Shown here: in pieces, positions 47,277-57,026 of the stretch
How positions within the stretch are numbered: the first letter of the stretch is position 1
Layout: each line of letters opens with the position of its first letter
Source of the DNA: an uncultured Nitrososphaerota archaeon
GTDB taxonomy: Archaea > Thermoproteota > Nitrososphaeria > Nitrososphaerales > Gagatemarchaeaceae
Assembly (NCBI GenBank): GCA_963703285.1
Contig: OY969807.1
Location: 2,080,001 to 2,144,000, forward strand
Length of the DNA stretch: 64,000 bases
Direction: 5' to 3'
Program-made: the position numbers and the translations under genes
Notes under the pieces: model-generated
The model's database searches: none
What the model saw: only the letters and a program-made list of their open reading frames with translations
Told to the model about the DNA's origin: nothing

Positions 47277-48639
47277 GTCACGAACAGCGACGAGCCGGGG
47301 CTCGAGGGATACCGCGAGGCCGTCCTGACGGGTAAGACGACCTGCGAGGAGCGGACGTCCGGAGAACTGAAGCGGGTGGAATCCTACAACGGGGAGCTCA
47401 ACGCGTTCATCACGGTCTTCTCCGGCGAACACGGGCTTGCCATCTCCCGCGAGGGAGCTCGACGCGAGGCTCTCCCGAGCCCGCTCGGGGCGCCCGCCGC
47501 CGCTCCTGGGTGTCCCTCTGACGATCAAGGACAACATCTTCCTGGCGGGGTTCCCCGCGACCGACGGGTCGGCGGCGTTCAGGGAGTTCGTCCCCGCCGT
47601 CAACGCCGGGATCATCGACCTCCTCCTCGCAGCCGGGTGCGTCCCCCTGGGCAAGACGAACCTCCACGAGCTGGCGCTGGGCGTGACCGGGACGAGCGCC
47701 AACGGGGGCCCGATCCGCAACCCCGCGGACCCATCGCGGGTCTCGGGGGGCTCGAGTGGCGGGTCGGCGGCATCGGTCGCAAGATCCGAAGGCCCGATCG
47801 TCAGCGTGGGGAGCGACACGGGCGGGTCGGTGAGAATCCCGGCCGCCCTCTGCGGCGTCTGCGGATTCAAGCCGTCCCAGGGACTCCTCCCAACCGACGG
47901 CGTCTTCCCCCTGAGCCCGTCGCTGGACCACCTGGGTCTATTCACGAAGACGATGCCCGACATGTCCGCTGCCTTCCGGGCGCTGGCCGAGACCCGGCCG
48001 CTCCGGAGGGAACGCCTCCGGCTTGGCGTCCCCACCAGGTACTTCACGGACGACATGGACGAGACGGTCTCCAGTGACTTCCACCGCGCCCTGGACTCGC
48101 TGAGGGCGAGCGGCTTCGAGCTCGTCGACGTGCCCGTCGAGGCGAGCTACGCCAGATACTCAAGGGCCCGGGCGACGGTGATGCTGAGGGAGGCGTCGTG
48201 GTTCTTCGAGCAGGTTCTCCTCTCCCCCGAGTCTAGGGAGGCGATGCACAGCGACGTCCTGGCTCTCATGGAGAGGGGGCTGAAGACGGGGATGATAGAG
48301 TACCTCCTCGCCGCAGGCGTCCGGACGGACGCGATCAGGGCGATGTCGGCGCTCCTGAAGGAGCCCGACGCCCTCATCATGCCGACCTGCCTCATCGCGG
48401 CGCCAAAGGTTGAGGAGGTCCTGGGTAAGGAGACGGGACGGCTCCGGTCCCTGCTACTCAGGAACACCGAGCTCTTCAACATGAGCGGCCTGCCGGCCCT
48501 CTCCGTCCCGACCACGCGGAGGAGGTCCTCGACGCCCACAGCGCTGCAGGTCGTCGGCAGGCACGGCGAGGACGGCGCTGTCCTCTCCGTTGGAGAGCGG
48601 ATCTGGGCGACCCTGAATCCCCGCCGGTCGAACCGGTAA
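47277..48639 (+). pseudogene. Amidase-signature family gene with a frameshift near 47450
   Basis: The N-terminus (ELNAFIT) is in a different frame from ARELD...IKDN, GGSSGGS, GSDTGGSVRIPA. Confidence 0.75.
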
Positions 48640-48691
48640 AATACAGGTTCCATGCCGGCCAATCCCGAGCGGGGAGGAAGTAGGCGAATCT

Positions 48692-50140
48692 TTGCAATAC
48701 AAGTACGTGGTCCTGACCAACACTACCATCGGCGCCTTCATGTCCCAGCTGGACGCTAACATCGTCCTCATCTCGCTCCCTACGATTCTCAAGCCGCACG
48801 AGCTGGCTGGCACCACGACGTTCGACGGCATCTGGATCATAATGGGCTACACGCTCGTCACGGCCACGACGCTCCTCACCATAGGCAGGCTCGGTGACGT
48901 CTTCGGGAGGGTCAAGCTGTACAACCTCGGCTTCCTGGTGTTCACGGTCGGTTCGGGCCTCTGCAGCGTCGCGCCCGACGGCACGTTCCTGGTCTTCATG
49001 CGCCTCGTCCAGGGGCTCGGCGCGGCCCTGATCTGGTCCAACAACGCCGCGATCCTCACCGACGTCTTCCCCGCGACGGAGAGGGGGAGGGCGCTCGGGA
49101 TCAACCAGGTCGCCGGGGTCTCCGGCTCGATCCTCGGGCTCGTGATCGGCGGTGTGCTGACGACGTACCTCGGATGGCGCTCGATTTTCTGGATCAACCT
49201 CGCCCCCGGGGCGTTCGCGACGGTCTGGGCCTACCTCAAGCTAAAGGACATCAACCCACACCCCAGGGGCGAGAAGCTCGATCCCCTGGGGAACGTCCTC
49301 TTCGGCGCCGGCCTCACGGCCTTCTTGGTGGGTCTCACCCTCGGGGCCCTGCAGGGATACGACGCAACCGACTACGCGCTCATGGTAGCGGGGGGCATCA
49401 TGCTCGGGGTCTTCGCGCTCGTAGAGGTACGCGCCCGGAACCCCATGATGGACGTCCGCCTCTTCAGGATCCGCGCCTTCGCCGCGGGGGCTCTCGCCAA
49501 CCTCCTGACTTCGATATCTCGCAGTTCGCTCTCCTTGATACTGATCTTCTACTTCCAGGGGGCCCTGCTCTACGACCCGCTCAAGGCGGGGCTGCTGCTA
49601 CTCCCCTTCTCCGTGGCCTTCGTGATAGTCGGTCCGATTAGCGGGGCTCTCTCCGACAGGATAGGGCCGCGGGTCTTGGCGCCGACCGGCCTGGTCCTCT
49701 CCGCCGCGGCGCTCTACTGGTTCTCCACGATGCCCTACGGCGTCTCCTACCTCACCCTCTCGCTCGCGATGGTGTTGGCGGGGGTGGGTGGAGGCATGTT
49801 CTTCGCCCCCAACGTCGCAGCGATAATGAACTCCGTCCCACCGGCGAGGCGGGGCGTCGCGTCCGGCGTCTCGTCGACCCTCTTCAGCGCGGGTTCCCTG
49901 GTCAGCCTGGGGCTCATATTCGTCATCTTCAGCCACAGCGTCCCCCTCGGCGCGCTCGAGTCTATCTTCGCCGGCCTGTCCCCTCCGTCCGGGACCATTA
50001 GCATACAGCTCTTCGTGGGGGCGATGCACCAGGCGTTCCTCATCTTCGGGGTGATCAGCCTGCTGGCTGCCATCCCTGCGACGCAGACGCGCAAAGCCCC
50101 AAAGGAAACGATTATCTATCGCGCGGGAGAATCAGCCTAG
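48692..50140 (+). CDS. MFS transporter, DHA2
   Basis: GRLGDVFGR, RLVQGLG, GWRSIFWIN. Confidence 0.92.
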   Translation: MQYKYVVLTNTTIGAFMSQLDANIVLISLPTILKPHELAGTTTFDGIWIIMGYTLVTATTLLTIGRLGDVFGRVKLYNLGFLVFTVGSGLCSVAPDGTFLVFMRLVQGLGAALIWSNNAAILTDVFPATERGRALGINQVAGVSGSILGLVIGGVLTTYLGWRSIFWINLAPGAFATVWAYLKLKDINPHPRGEKLDPLGNVLFGAGLTAFLVGLTLGALQGYDATDYALMVAGGIMLGVFALVEVRARNPMMDVRLFRIRAFAAGALANLLTSISRSSLSLILIFYFQGALLYDPLKAGLLLLPFSVAFVIVGPISGALSDRIGPRVLAPTGLVLSAAALYWFSTMPYGVSYLTLSLAMVLAGVGGGMFFAPNVAAIMNSVPPARRGVASGVSSTLFSAGSLVSLGLIFVIFSHSVPLGALESIFAGLSPPSGTISIQLFVGAMHQAFLIFGVISLLAAIPATQTRKAPKETIIYRAGESA

Positions 50141-50142
50141 GG

Positions 50143-50571
50143 ATGGTCCTATACGCCAAGGACATCGCCGAACCCGTGATCTTCTATCTCCCCAGAGAGA
50201 CCAACGCGTTCGAGGCGGCCGTGATGATGAAGGAGAAGCGCCAGGGTTTCGTGATAGTCTCCAACGGTCTCCGCCCCGAAGGCATCGTGACCGAGTGGGA
50301 CTACCTCTCGAAGATAACGGCCGCAGGGAAGGACCCCGCGACGGTCACCCTCGGGGACATAATGACGGCAAGCGTCATAACCGTCAAGGGCGGCGACGGG
50401 GTGGAGTCCGTCGCCAGGACGATGACGGAGCAGGGCGTGAGGAGGGTGCTCGTGGTAGAGGGCGACAAGATTGTCGGCGTGATAACCTCGCGGACCATCC
50501 TCGCGAGGCTCGAGGAGTACGTCGACAAGGTCTCCACCACCATAGCGCGGCTCCAGGCGCCCCCCTCGTGA
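50143..50571 (+). CDS. CBS domain pair protein
   Basis: GIVTEWD, GDIMT, VGVITSRT. Confidence 0.9.
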   Translation: MVLYAKDIAEPVIFYLPRETNAFEAAVMMKEKRQGFVIVSNGLRPEGIVTEWDYLSKITAAGKDPATVTLGDIMTASVITVKGGDGVESVARTMTEQGVRRVLVVEGDKIVGVITSRTILARLEEYVDKVSTTIARLQAPPS

Positions 50572-50613
50572 GCCAGAAAACTATAAACCGCCAACCCCGC
50601 GGGTTCCCGCGGG

Positions 50614-50835
50614 TTGTCCCAGAAGGCGAGCGGGAGCGCCCCTCCCCACAAGCATTGTCCGGTCTGCGGAATCTCGATAGCGCCCTCGAAGGACTACTGC
50701 TCCACAGAGTGCCAGGAGCTGGACGAGAACAACCAGAAGAAGGTGAGGAACTTTCGGAGGGTGACCCTGGTCCTCATGGTGGCCGCGATGGTTGTACTGA
50801 TAGCCGTCTCGCTCTTTGTCCGGGCCCACGGCTGA
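50614..50835 (+). CDS. DUF2116-like zinc-ribbon membrane protein
   Basis: PHKHCPVCG...YCSTEC plus C-terminal TM. Confidence 0.8.
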   Translation: MSQKASGSAPPHKHCPVCGISIAPSKDYCSTECQELDENNQKKVRNFRRVTLVLMVAAMVVLIAVSLFVRAHG

Positions 50836-50842
50836 GGCGTCT

Positions 50843-51844
50843 CTAGGGCTCCCGCGAGCCAAGCAGCTTCCACAGCTCGTCCGTAGGAGGTTCGCCCACG
50901 CGTTCCCTTCTCCCGTCGCTTCGCACGAGCACCCTCCGGCCCCTGCGCAGCCTGCCGATGGCCGAGACCCTCGAACCCGCGGCCCTGACGGCTCTCGTGA
51001 CCTCCTCCTCCCCGCCAGGCTCTACGGCGAGCAAGAGCGTCCCTGAGCTTATGAGCTTCAGCGGGTCCAGACCGAGCCTCGAGCAGACGTAGGCCGTCTC
51101 CCGCGCCACGGGGACCTCGCTCTCCCTCAGCTCGAACCCCAGCTTGGAGGCGAAGGACATCTCATAGACCGCCCCCAGAACCCCGCCCTCCGTGCAGTCG
51201 TGCATGGCGTGGACCCTCCCCGTCTCGAAGGCCGCCTCCGCCTCCCCGACCACGCTCAGCTTCCGGTAGAAGCCCCTCGCCCGCCTTATCATGAGGGGGT
51301 CCGATTCCCCCCCGAACCTCGACGCCTCGGACGCGCAGATGGCCGTCCCCTCGACTCCCGCGCTCTTGGTCATCATGATGGTATCGCCGTCCCTCGCGTC
51401 GGCCGCCGTGACGTAGGTCTTCGCGAACGAGAACGCGGTCGTCACCACGATGGGCCTCCTGAGCCCCGGGGTGAGCTCGGTGTGTCCGCCCACGACAGTG
51501 ATACCAAGGTTCGCCGCCGTCGCCTGCATCTCCTTGGAGATCCGCGCGATCGTCCCGATGGTGGCGTCTTCCGGGAGGAGAATCACGGACTGGAGGAACC
51601 TCGGCCTGTTCCCGCTGGTGGCGACGTCGTTGGCGCTGACGTTCACCGCGTACCAACCGATTCTCTCCTCGACCCCGGTGACGGGGTCCGACGAGACCAC
51701 GAGGCAGCCTTCGCCATCCCTTACCACTCCGAAATCGACGCCTATGGAAGGGGGCACGATAAGATCGGGGGACGGGGCGCCCGTCATCCCGAGAAGGTAC
51801 CTCCGAAGTATCTCGGGCGGAAGCTTCCCCAGAGACAGCTCCAT
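50843..51844 (-). CDS. AIR synthase-related (PurM/HypE-like) protein
   Basis: GKLPPE, SDPVT, NDVATSG, VGGHTE, MHDCTEGG, LISSG. Confidence 0.88.
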   Translation of the reverse strand: MELSLGKLPPEILRRYLLGMTGAPSPDLIVPPSIGVDFGVVRDGEGCLVVSSDPVTGVEERIGWYAVNVSANDVATSGNRPRFLQSVILLPEDATIGTIARISKEMQATAANLGITVVGGHTELTPGLRRPIVVTTAFSFAKTYVTAADARDGDTIMMTKSAGVEGTAICASEASRFGGESDPLMIRRARGFYRKLSVVGEAEAAFETGRVHAMHDCTEGGVLGAVYEMSFASKLGFELRESEVPVARETAYVCSRLGLDPLKLISSGTLLLAVEPGGEEEVTRAVRAAGSRVSAIGRLRRGRRVLVRSDGRRERVGEPPTDELWKLLGSREP

Positions 51845-52026
51845 CCTGCTTGCTCACTTCGCTCCATTCGGCCGGCTCGCCGCGGAGCCGAGCACCTGAC
51901 GCACCGTGGGGTGAACCATCTGGGTCGTAGCGACCGATTCTCCGAACGCCAGCCTCGGCCTGAATCTTAACCTGACCAACGCTGCCGTGTTGGCGCCTCA
52001 TCAGCGATTTATTAGTCTAGAGCCTC

Positions 52027-52470
52027 TCAGGACTGCCGGTCCTCTTCCTGTTCCGACTCGAGGAGGGAGCGGTGTAGCATTATCGGCGCCTCGTAGAGGA
52101 TTGCAAGCGCGATGGCGTCGGAGGCCCTGTAGCCGGGGAGGAGCAAATCCTTCCCCCTTCCTATGAACTGCAGCTCCGCTCGCAGCACCTGGCCCGCGGG
52201 GTACACCTCGACGCCCGCAAGGTGCAGGCCCTCTGTGTCCGCGAGCTCCTCGAGCATGTTGTAGAGCGAGGGGACAGAAGACCTGTCTCCCTGGCTGAAT
52301 CTCTGCATGTGCATTGCGCTCTCGCCCGAGAACGCCCTCATCGCGAACGTCCTTCCGTCATCCGACCTGAGCCAGAGGAGCCCCTCGGCGCCGGTCTCGT
52401 CAGCGAACCCGACCTGGGCGACCTTCACCTCGACGTAGTCTCCCACCTTCTTGCCTTTCAATGTCAGCAA
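52027..52470 (-). CDS. Bifunctional nuclease (DUF151) family protein
   Basis: RASDAIALA...API. Confidence 0.75.
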   Translation of the reverse strand: MLTLKGKKVGDYVEVKVAQVGFADETGAEGLLWLRSDDGRTFAMRAFSGESAMHMQRFSQGDRSSVPSLYNMLEELADTEGLHLAGVEVYPAGQVLRAELQFIGRGKDLLLPGYRASDAIALAILYEAPIMLHRSLLESEQEEDRQS

Positions 52471-52485
52471 AACCCTCCTCTCGAT

Positions 52486-52836
52486 TTAAATCCCTTCTGG
52501 AACCATCTTCTCATCCCGGGCCCCGCGAGGCGCGACAGCCCAGGCCGCCTTGACCCTCTCCAGGCATGCGGAGGCCCTGGCGAGACCCTCCGCCGCCTCC
52601 GTTGGTCGGTTCTTCTTGATCTGTATCGTGGTGAAGTTCACCTCGAGCTGCAGGTCGCGCAGGACCGGCCTGGTCCAGGCGAAGCTCCTTGCTATCCTGC
52701 CGACCTCTTGGTTGACCCTGAACACGTGCTCGAGCGCCACTCGGCTCTCTGACCCGTCTTCCCCCAGGGTCGCGACGCAGCTGCGGAGCGCGTGGAGGGC
52801 GTCGTCGAGGCGACCCAGGTCGGGGGCGTCTGTCAG
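52486..52836 (-). CDS. Hypothetical helical protein
   Basis: The track ORF frame stays open upstream to a CTG at 52836 (LTDAPDLGRLDDALHAL). Confidence 0.45.
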   Translation of the reverse strand: MTDAPDLGRLDDALHALRSCVATLGEDGSESRVALEHVFRVNQEVGRIARSFAWTRPVLRDLQLEVNFTTIQIKKNRPTEAAEGLARASACLERVKAAWAVAPRGARDEKMVPEGI

Positions 52837-52854
52837 GGAAGGCCCACCAGGGGG

Positions 52855-53193
52855 CTAGCTGCCCGGGGGCTGGGCCGCGGGCGCTGCAGGCGGTGCGGGC
52901 TTGTTTACCTGCCTGTTCACGGCGTCGGAGAGGTAGTGTCCGCTCACGGTGACGCGGACGCTCTTGACCCCCTTGACCTGCTCCACGCTCGACTTCATGT
53001 CCTGCGAGATCTTCAGGGCGAAGATTGGGGGGCAGTATGGGGTTGTGGCGTGATACTGAATGTCGACGCTCCCGTCCTTGATGTCGAGCTTGTCGATCAG
53101 GTTCATCTCCACGATCGGCATGCCTATCTCCGGATCGATCACCTTGGAGAGTTGGCGCTGAATCTCCTTCATGTCTACCTCTTCAGAGGACAT
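52855..53193 (-). CDS. DUF59/SufT-like Fe-S cluster assembly factor
   Basis: VIDPEIGMPIVEMNLI, TTPYCP. Confidence 0.88.
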   Translation of the reverse strand: MSSEEVDMKEIQRQLSKVIDPEIGMPIVEMNLIDKLDIKDGSVDIQYHATTPYCPPIFALKISQDMKSSVEQVKGVKSVRVTVSGHYLSDAVNRQVNKPAPPAAPAAQPPGS

Positions 53194-53237
53194 TGGCGGT
53201 ATGCTCACTCCGTTCTATTTATCGCTTTATCCCGTGG

Positions 53238-54473
53238 GTTCTTGTGACTTTCTTCGGCTCGTGGCGCTTAATTATCCAGAGGAACCAAGAATATGTGCGA
53301 GCCGTCAGGGCCGTCCGGTTCAGGTACGCGTGCTCCGAGGAGCTGAACTCTCTGCTGGACGACTTCCGTCTGATGTGCAACGACGCCATCAAGATCGCAT
53401 TGCAGGAGAAGCCGAAGAACAGGTTCGCGCTCATCAGGCTCGCGTACCCCCGCCTGAAGGAGTACGGTCTCCACACGCACTACATCCTTTCTGCCTGCGA
53501 GGTCGCGTTCTCGATATATCGCAACAAGGAGAGAAGGTCTAGACCGTATGTAAGACGTGCGTTCCTCAAACTCGGCAGCCCGGCCTACATCCTGAACCAC
53601 ATGGTGCTGAGGATTCCTACGAAGCCGAGACGCTTCATCTACCTCGTCCTGCAGGGCTCTAGATACCACCTCTCGTTCGTCGATCATCCCGGCCTGAAGA
53701 GAGGCTCCATCACCCTTACGCCACAGGGTCTCTCGATCGCGTTCTCGAAGGAGGCAGCGCTTATCGAGACTGGAGGGAAAATCGGAATCGATTTGAACGA
53801 GAGGAACGTCACGACGTCAGACACATCAGGACGCATCGTAAGGTACGATACCTCCGAGATAGCCGAGCTCAAGGAGCGGTACAGGGACATAAGGGCGAAG
53901 ATAGGCGAGCGGACAAGACAGGACAGGCGAATCAGCCAGCATCTCTACCACAAATACGGAAAGAGGGAGAAGGACAGGACGGTGCAGAGGCTTCACCTGA
54001 TCACTAAGTCGATCGTCCAAGGAGTGAAGGAGAAGCGGCTCGGCATCGTCATGGAGAACCTGAACGGCATCAGGAAGCTCTACCGGAAGGGGAACGGACA
54101 GGGTGCAACTTTCAGGGGCAGGATGAACTCCTGGACCTTCCGCGAGGTCCAGAGGCAGATAGAGTACAAAGCACGATGGGAGGGTCTCCCCGTCAGCTAC
54201 GTGAGCCCGCGCTACACGTCCCGAAACTGCTCAAAGCGTGGCTCCTCTCAGAGATACGAGGGACGGATGGTGATCTGTCCCTCATGCGGGAAATCAGAGG
54301 ACAGGGACGAGAACGCATCAAAGAACATCATGATGGCCGCGCAGGTTCGTGCGGCTCGGCCACCCAGAGGAAGCGGTGAAGGGGAATCCCGGAGGCAGGA
54401 GACGGCGAGCAATCCCCCGAGCGGATGGGTGGAAGTTGACTCCGACGGTGATGAGCCGAAGAGTTGACAGAAC
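53238..54473 (+). mobile_element. Non-autonomous TnpB-only insertion element (IS1341-like)
   Basis: Only tnpB lies between host genes; ends GTTC...GAAC in imperfect inverted repeats; the right end abuts the PAC2 stop codon. Confidence 0.7.
53295..54467 (+). CDS. tnpB: RNA-guided endonuclease TnpB
   Basis: RuvC motifs GIDLNE, VMENL and DRDENASKNI; QIEYKARWEG; zinc finger CSKR/CPSC. Confidence 0.92.
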   Translation: MRAVRAVRFRYACSEELNSLLDDFRLMCNDAIKIALQEKPKNRFALIRLAYPRLKEYGLHTHYILSACEVAFSIYRNKERRSRPYVRRAFLKLGSPAYILNHMVLRIPTKPRRFIYLVLQGSRYHLSFVDHPGLKRGSITLTPQGLSIAFSKEAALIETGGKIGIDLNERNVTTSDTSGRIVRYDTSEIAELKERYRDIRAKIGERTRQDRRISQHLYHKYGKREKDRTVQRLHLITKSIVQGVKEKRLGIVMENLNGIRKLYRKGNGQGATFRGRMNSWTFREVQRQIEYKARWEGLPVSYVSPRYTSRNCSKRGSSQRYEGRMVICPSCGKSEDRDENASKNIMMAAQVRAARPPRGSGEGESRRQETASNPPSGWVEVDSDGDEPKS

Positions 54474-54493
54474 CTATCCGTAGACTCCGTTCC
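54333..54493 (+). ncRNA. Putative omega RNA (reRNA) scaffold plus guide
   Basis: Hairpin GCCGCGC/GTGCGGC and nested stems CCACCCA/TGGGTGG and GGGGA/TCCCC after the last RuvC motif; guide predicted from the flank after 54473. Confidence 0.6.
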
Positions 54494-55223
54494 TTCCCGG
54501 TTTGCTCTCGGGGGCGGCGGGCGACTGGACTTCCAGGGCCATCTCCTGAGCCTTGGTCTCGAGCTCGTCCTTCGGGAGGCTTATGCCCGCCATCTTCTCG
54601 AGCACCCCGAGGAGCTGAATCACGGACAGCGGGTGCGGGACGGGTTCCCCGTGGTCGACCGAGATCTTGTATCCCCTGATGCCGTACTTCTCGGCAAGCC
54701 CGACGATGAGCGAGGCGAAGAAGGGCGCCGGCTCGTCCCTGACTATCTCCACACCGTGGCCCCTTAGGACCTCCACCCCGGCGTCGTCGTTCGCGAATCC
54801 CGTCACCTTCGGCACCGCGGTCGGGGGGGCGACCTGTTCTGTCCACCGCGTCCCGATAGAGATGATTTCGTTGATCCCGAGATCCCTCGCGTACCTGAGC
54901 ACCGCCTCGGAGAACTCGTACTGCTCGTCCTGGGGGGAAGAGTCCCCCGCAAGAAGGACCACATCGCGCTGGCCCGAATGGCAGTAGAACTCCGCAGAGG
55001 TCAGGCGGACGGTCCCCTCCTTGGATATCACGGCAACGGGTGGGAGTGCCGAGGAGTAGATGGTGGCTATCTTCGTGAACTCCGTCTCCTTCAGCATGTA
55101 GCTCGCGAGCTCCCTCGCTTGGGAGTACATCGCCCTGTACTGGGAGAGACTGGTGGAAAGCGAGACTATGAGGATCGGGTCTGTCAGCACCCGCCTCCCC
55201 TCCGAATCTATTCTTTCCCACAA
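54474..55223 (-). CDS. PAC2 family proteasome assembly chaperone
   Basis: KIATIYSSALPP, VVLLAGDSSP, EIISIG; TTG start inferred. Confidence 0.75.
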   Translation of the reverse strand: MWERIDSEGRRVLTDPILIVSLSTSLSQYRAMYSQARELASYMLKETEFTKIATIYSSALPPVAVISKEGTVRLTSAEFYCHSGQRDVVLLAGDSSPQDEQYEFSEAVLRYARDLGINEIISIGTRWTEQVAPPTAVPKVTGFANDDAGVEVLRGHGVEIVRDEPAPFFASLIVGLAEKYGIRGYKISVDHGEPVPHPLSVIQLLGVLEKMAGISLPKDELETKAQEMALEVQSPAAPESKPGRNGVYG

Positions 55224-55273
55224 GGGCCGTTCCCCGGCGAGCGGTGTCGCAGGCGATAAAAGGTCATTGGTCG

Positions 55274-56074
55274 TTATCTGCCCGGTCGGCCCGAGACTAT
55301 GGTGTAGTGCCTGCCGTTCACCGTCTCCAGCCGCACTCGTACGCCGAAGCAGGCGCTGAGGTTCTTCCCCGTGAGAGTCTCGCCGATCTTCCCAGACGCG
55401 ACGACCCTCCCTGCCTTCAGCAGGAGCGCGTGGCTGAAGCCTGAAGGGATCTCTTCCGTCCTGTGCGTGACGTAGACCATCGCCGTGGTCCGCCGTCGGG
55501 CGAGCCTCGAGAGACCCTCGAGGAACTGCTCCCGCGCCCCCAGGTCGAGCCCCTCGCACGGCTCGTCGAGGAGGAGAAGTGAAGCGTTCGCCATCAGCGC
55601 CCTCGCTATCATCACCTTCTGCCTCTCGCCCTGCGAGAGCTCCCTCACCGTCTTCCCGGCGAGGCCCCCGCAGTCCAGGTCCTCAAGCAGCGCCGCCGCC
55701 CGCCTGGCGTAGGTCCCGGGGGGCCTCCTCCAGACCCTCGTCGATCCGTATCTTCCGCTCACGACGAGGTCGACCACACGCTCGTCGCCGGGTATCCAAC
55801 CCCCGAGGTAGGCGCTGACCATTCCGAGCCGCGTCCTCAGCTCCCTCAGGTCGGTCTCGCCGAACCTCTCCCCCAGGACCTCGGCCTCTCCCCTGGTGGG
55901 CCAGACGTAACCGTTGATTATGCTCAGCAGGCTGGTCTTCCCCGCCCCGTTCGGTCCGATGACCGCCCAGCTCTCCCCCTTCCGCACGGTCCAGTCGATC
56001 CCACGGAGAGCCGTAAACCCTGGATATTCCAGGACGACCCCCTTGAGCACCACAGCGCGCTCCATCCCTCGCAT
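55274..56074 (-). CDS. ABC ATPase (ModF/YlmA-like)
   Basis: GPNGAGKT, LSQGERQK, LLLDEP, VTH. Confidence 0.9.
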   Translation of the reverse strand: MRGMERAVVLKGVVLEYPGFTALRGIDWTVRKGESWAVIGPNGAGKTSLLSIINGYVWPTRGEAEVLGERFGETDLRELRTRLGMVSAYLGGWIPGDERVVDLVVSGRYGSTRVWRRPPGTYARRAAALLEDLDCGGLAGKTVRELSQGERQKVMIARALMANASLLLLDEPCEGLDLGAREQFLEGLSRLARRRTTAMVYVTHRTEEIPSGFSHALLLKAGRVVASGKIGETLTGKNLSACFGVRVRLETVNGRHYTIVSGRPGR

Positions 56075-56124
56075 CGCGACGGGTTTCGTGCTATAACCTT
56101 ACGGGAGCCATGGATGCGCCTCAC

Positions 56125-56916
56125 TCAGACGAAGGCGGAGGCGCTCCCGATGGCGAACAGGAGCGCGGCCGCCGCTGCCCCGACGAGCATGGTCTCCAGG
56201 CCGCTCCTCCAAGCCTCCCTGTGGACTATCCTCCCCTTCCAGGCCCCGGCAGCGAAGAGGAAGGCGAGCGAGAAGATGACGGAGAACGCGACAGACACGG
56301 TCTTCTCCGCGCTCAGGTAATAGGGGACGAGGGGGACGAACGCTCCCAGCAGGAAAGAGAGACCGATCACCAGCCCTATCTTGTAGGGCTTCTCCAGGTG
56401 GGACTTGTGGATGTGGAGTTCGTTGACCAGCATGTCCTCCAGGAACTTCTCTTTGTCCGCCGAGACCCTGGAGACGACGGTCTCCGCCTCGCCCTCGGTC
56501 AGTCCCTTGTCCATGTAGAGCGTCTTCAGCTCCTGAAGCTCTTCGTCTGGCTCGTTCTCTATCTCGAAGGCCTCCCTGTTCGAGTCGGCCCTGAAGAGGT
56601 CCAGCTCCGAGCGCGCGCTGAGTATCCCTCCGAAGAACATCGAGACGGCCCCGGCGATCATCGCCGCGAGCCCGGCGAACCTGATTACGCCGATGCTGCT
56701 CTCGGCACCTCCGAATCCCGTCAGGAACGCGAGGTTGGTCACCAGCCCGTCGGCAAGCCCGAGCGCTGAGGACGAGATCAGGTCCCTCCCCCGGATGTGC
56801 TGGTGCTTCTCCTTGTACCTCACGCCTAGGCGTCCCTTGACGGGTCTTGGGGCATCGTCCGCCCGGACGTCCTTCCCCGTAGCGGCGGGACTGGCTGAAG
56901 ACGGCTCGTCGCTCAT
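56125..56916 (-). CDS. VIT1/CCC1 family transporter
   Basis: LGLADGLVT, AGAVSM, FLLGAFVPLVPY. Confidence 0.9.
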   Translation of the reverse strand: MSDEPSSASPAATGKDVRADDAPRPVKGRLGVRYKEKHQHIRGRDLISSSALGLADGLVTNLAFLTGFGGAESSIGVIRFAGLAAMIAGAVSMFFGGILSARSELDLFRADSNREAFEIENEPDEELQELKTLYMDKGLTEGEAETVVSRVSADKEKFLEDMLVNELHIHKSHLEKPYKIGLVIGLSFLLGAFVPLVPYYLSAEKTVSVAFSVIFSLAFLFAAGAWKGRIVHREAWRSGLETMLVGAAAAALLFAIGSASAFV

Positions 56917-57026
56917 CAGAAGCGGACGATTTTCCTTCGGACGGCTTATAGGCGTTTTCACCGTCCGGGTCCGGACGAGCGTCGCCTCAGATTTATAACC
57001 CCTGAACCGGCCCGAGCCCTCCAGCC

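Noticed and set aside
50596-50615. CCCGCGGGTT tandem duplicate between TATA and start codon
   Set aside because: Short and GC-rich, so plausible by chance in this genome.
51850-52020. Intergenic stretch with CTGATGAG on the minus strand (hammerhead, C/D box or fluoride riboswitch candidate)
   Set aside because: No matching GAAA core, D box or riboswitch stems could be assembled by eye; it may hold a ~41 aa ORF, but there is no support.
53295-54467. Cas12f/Cas14 CRISPR effector
   Set aside because: No CRISPR array or cas1/cas2 nearby; the context fits an IS-type TnpB.
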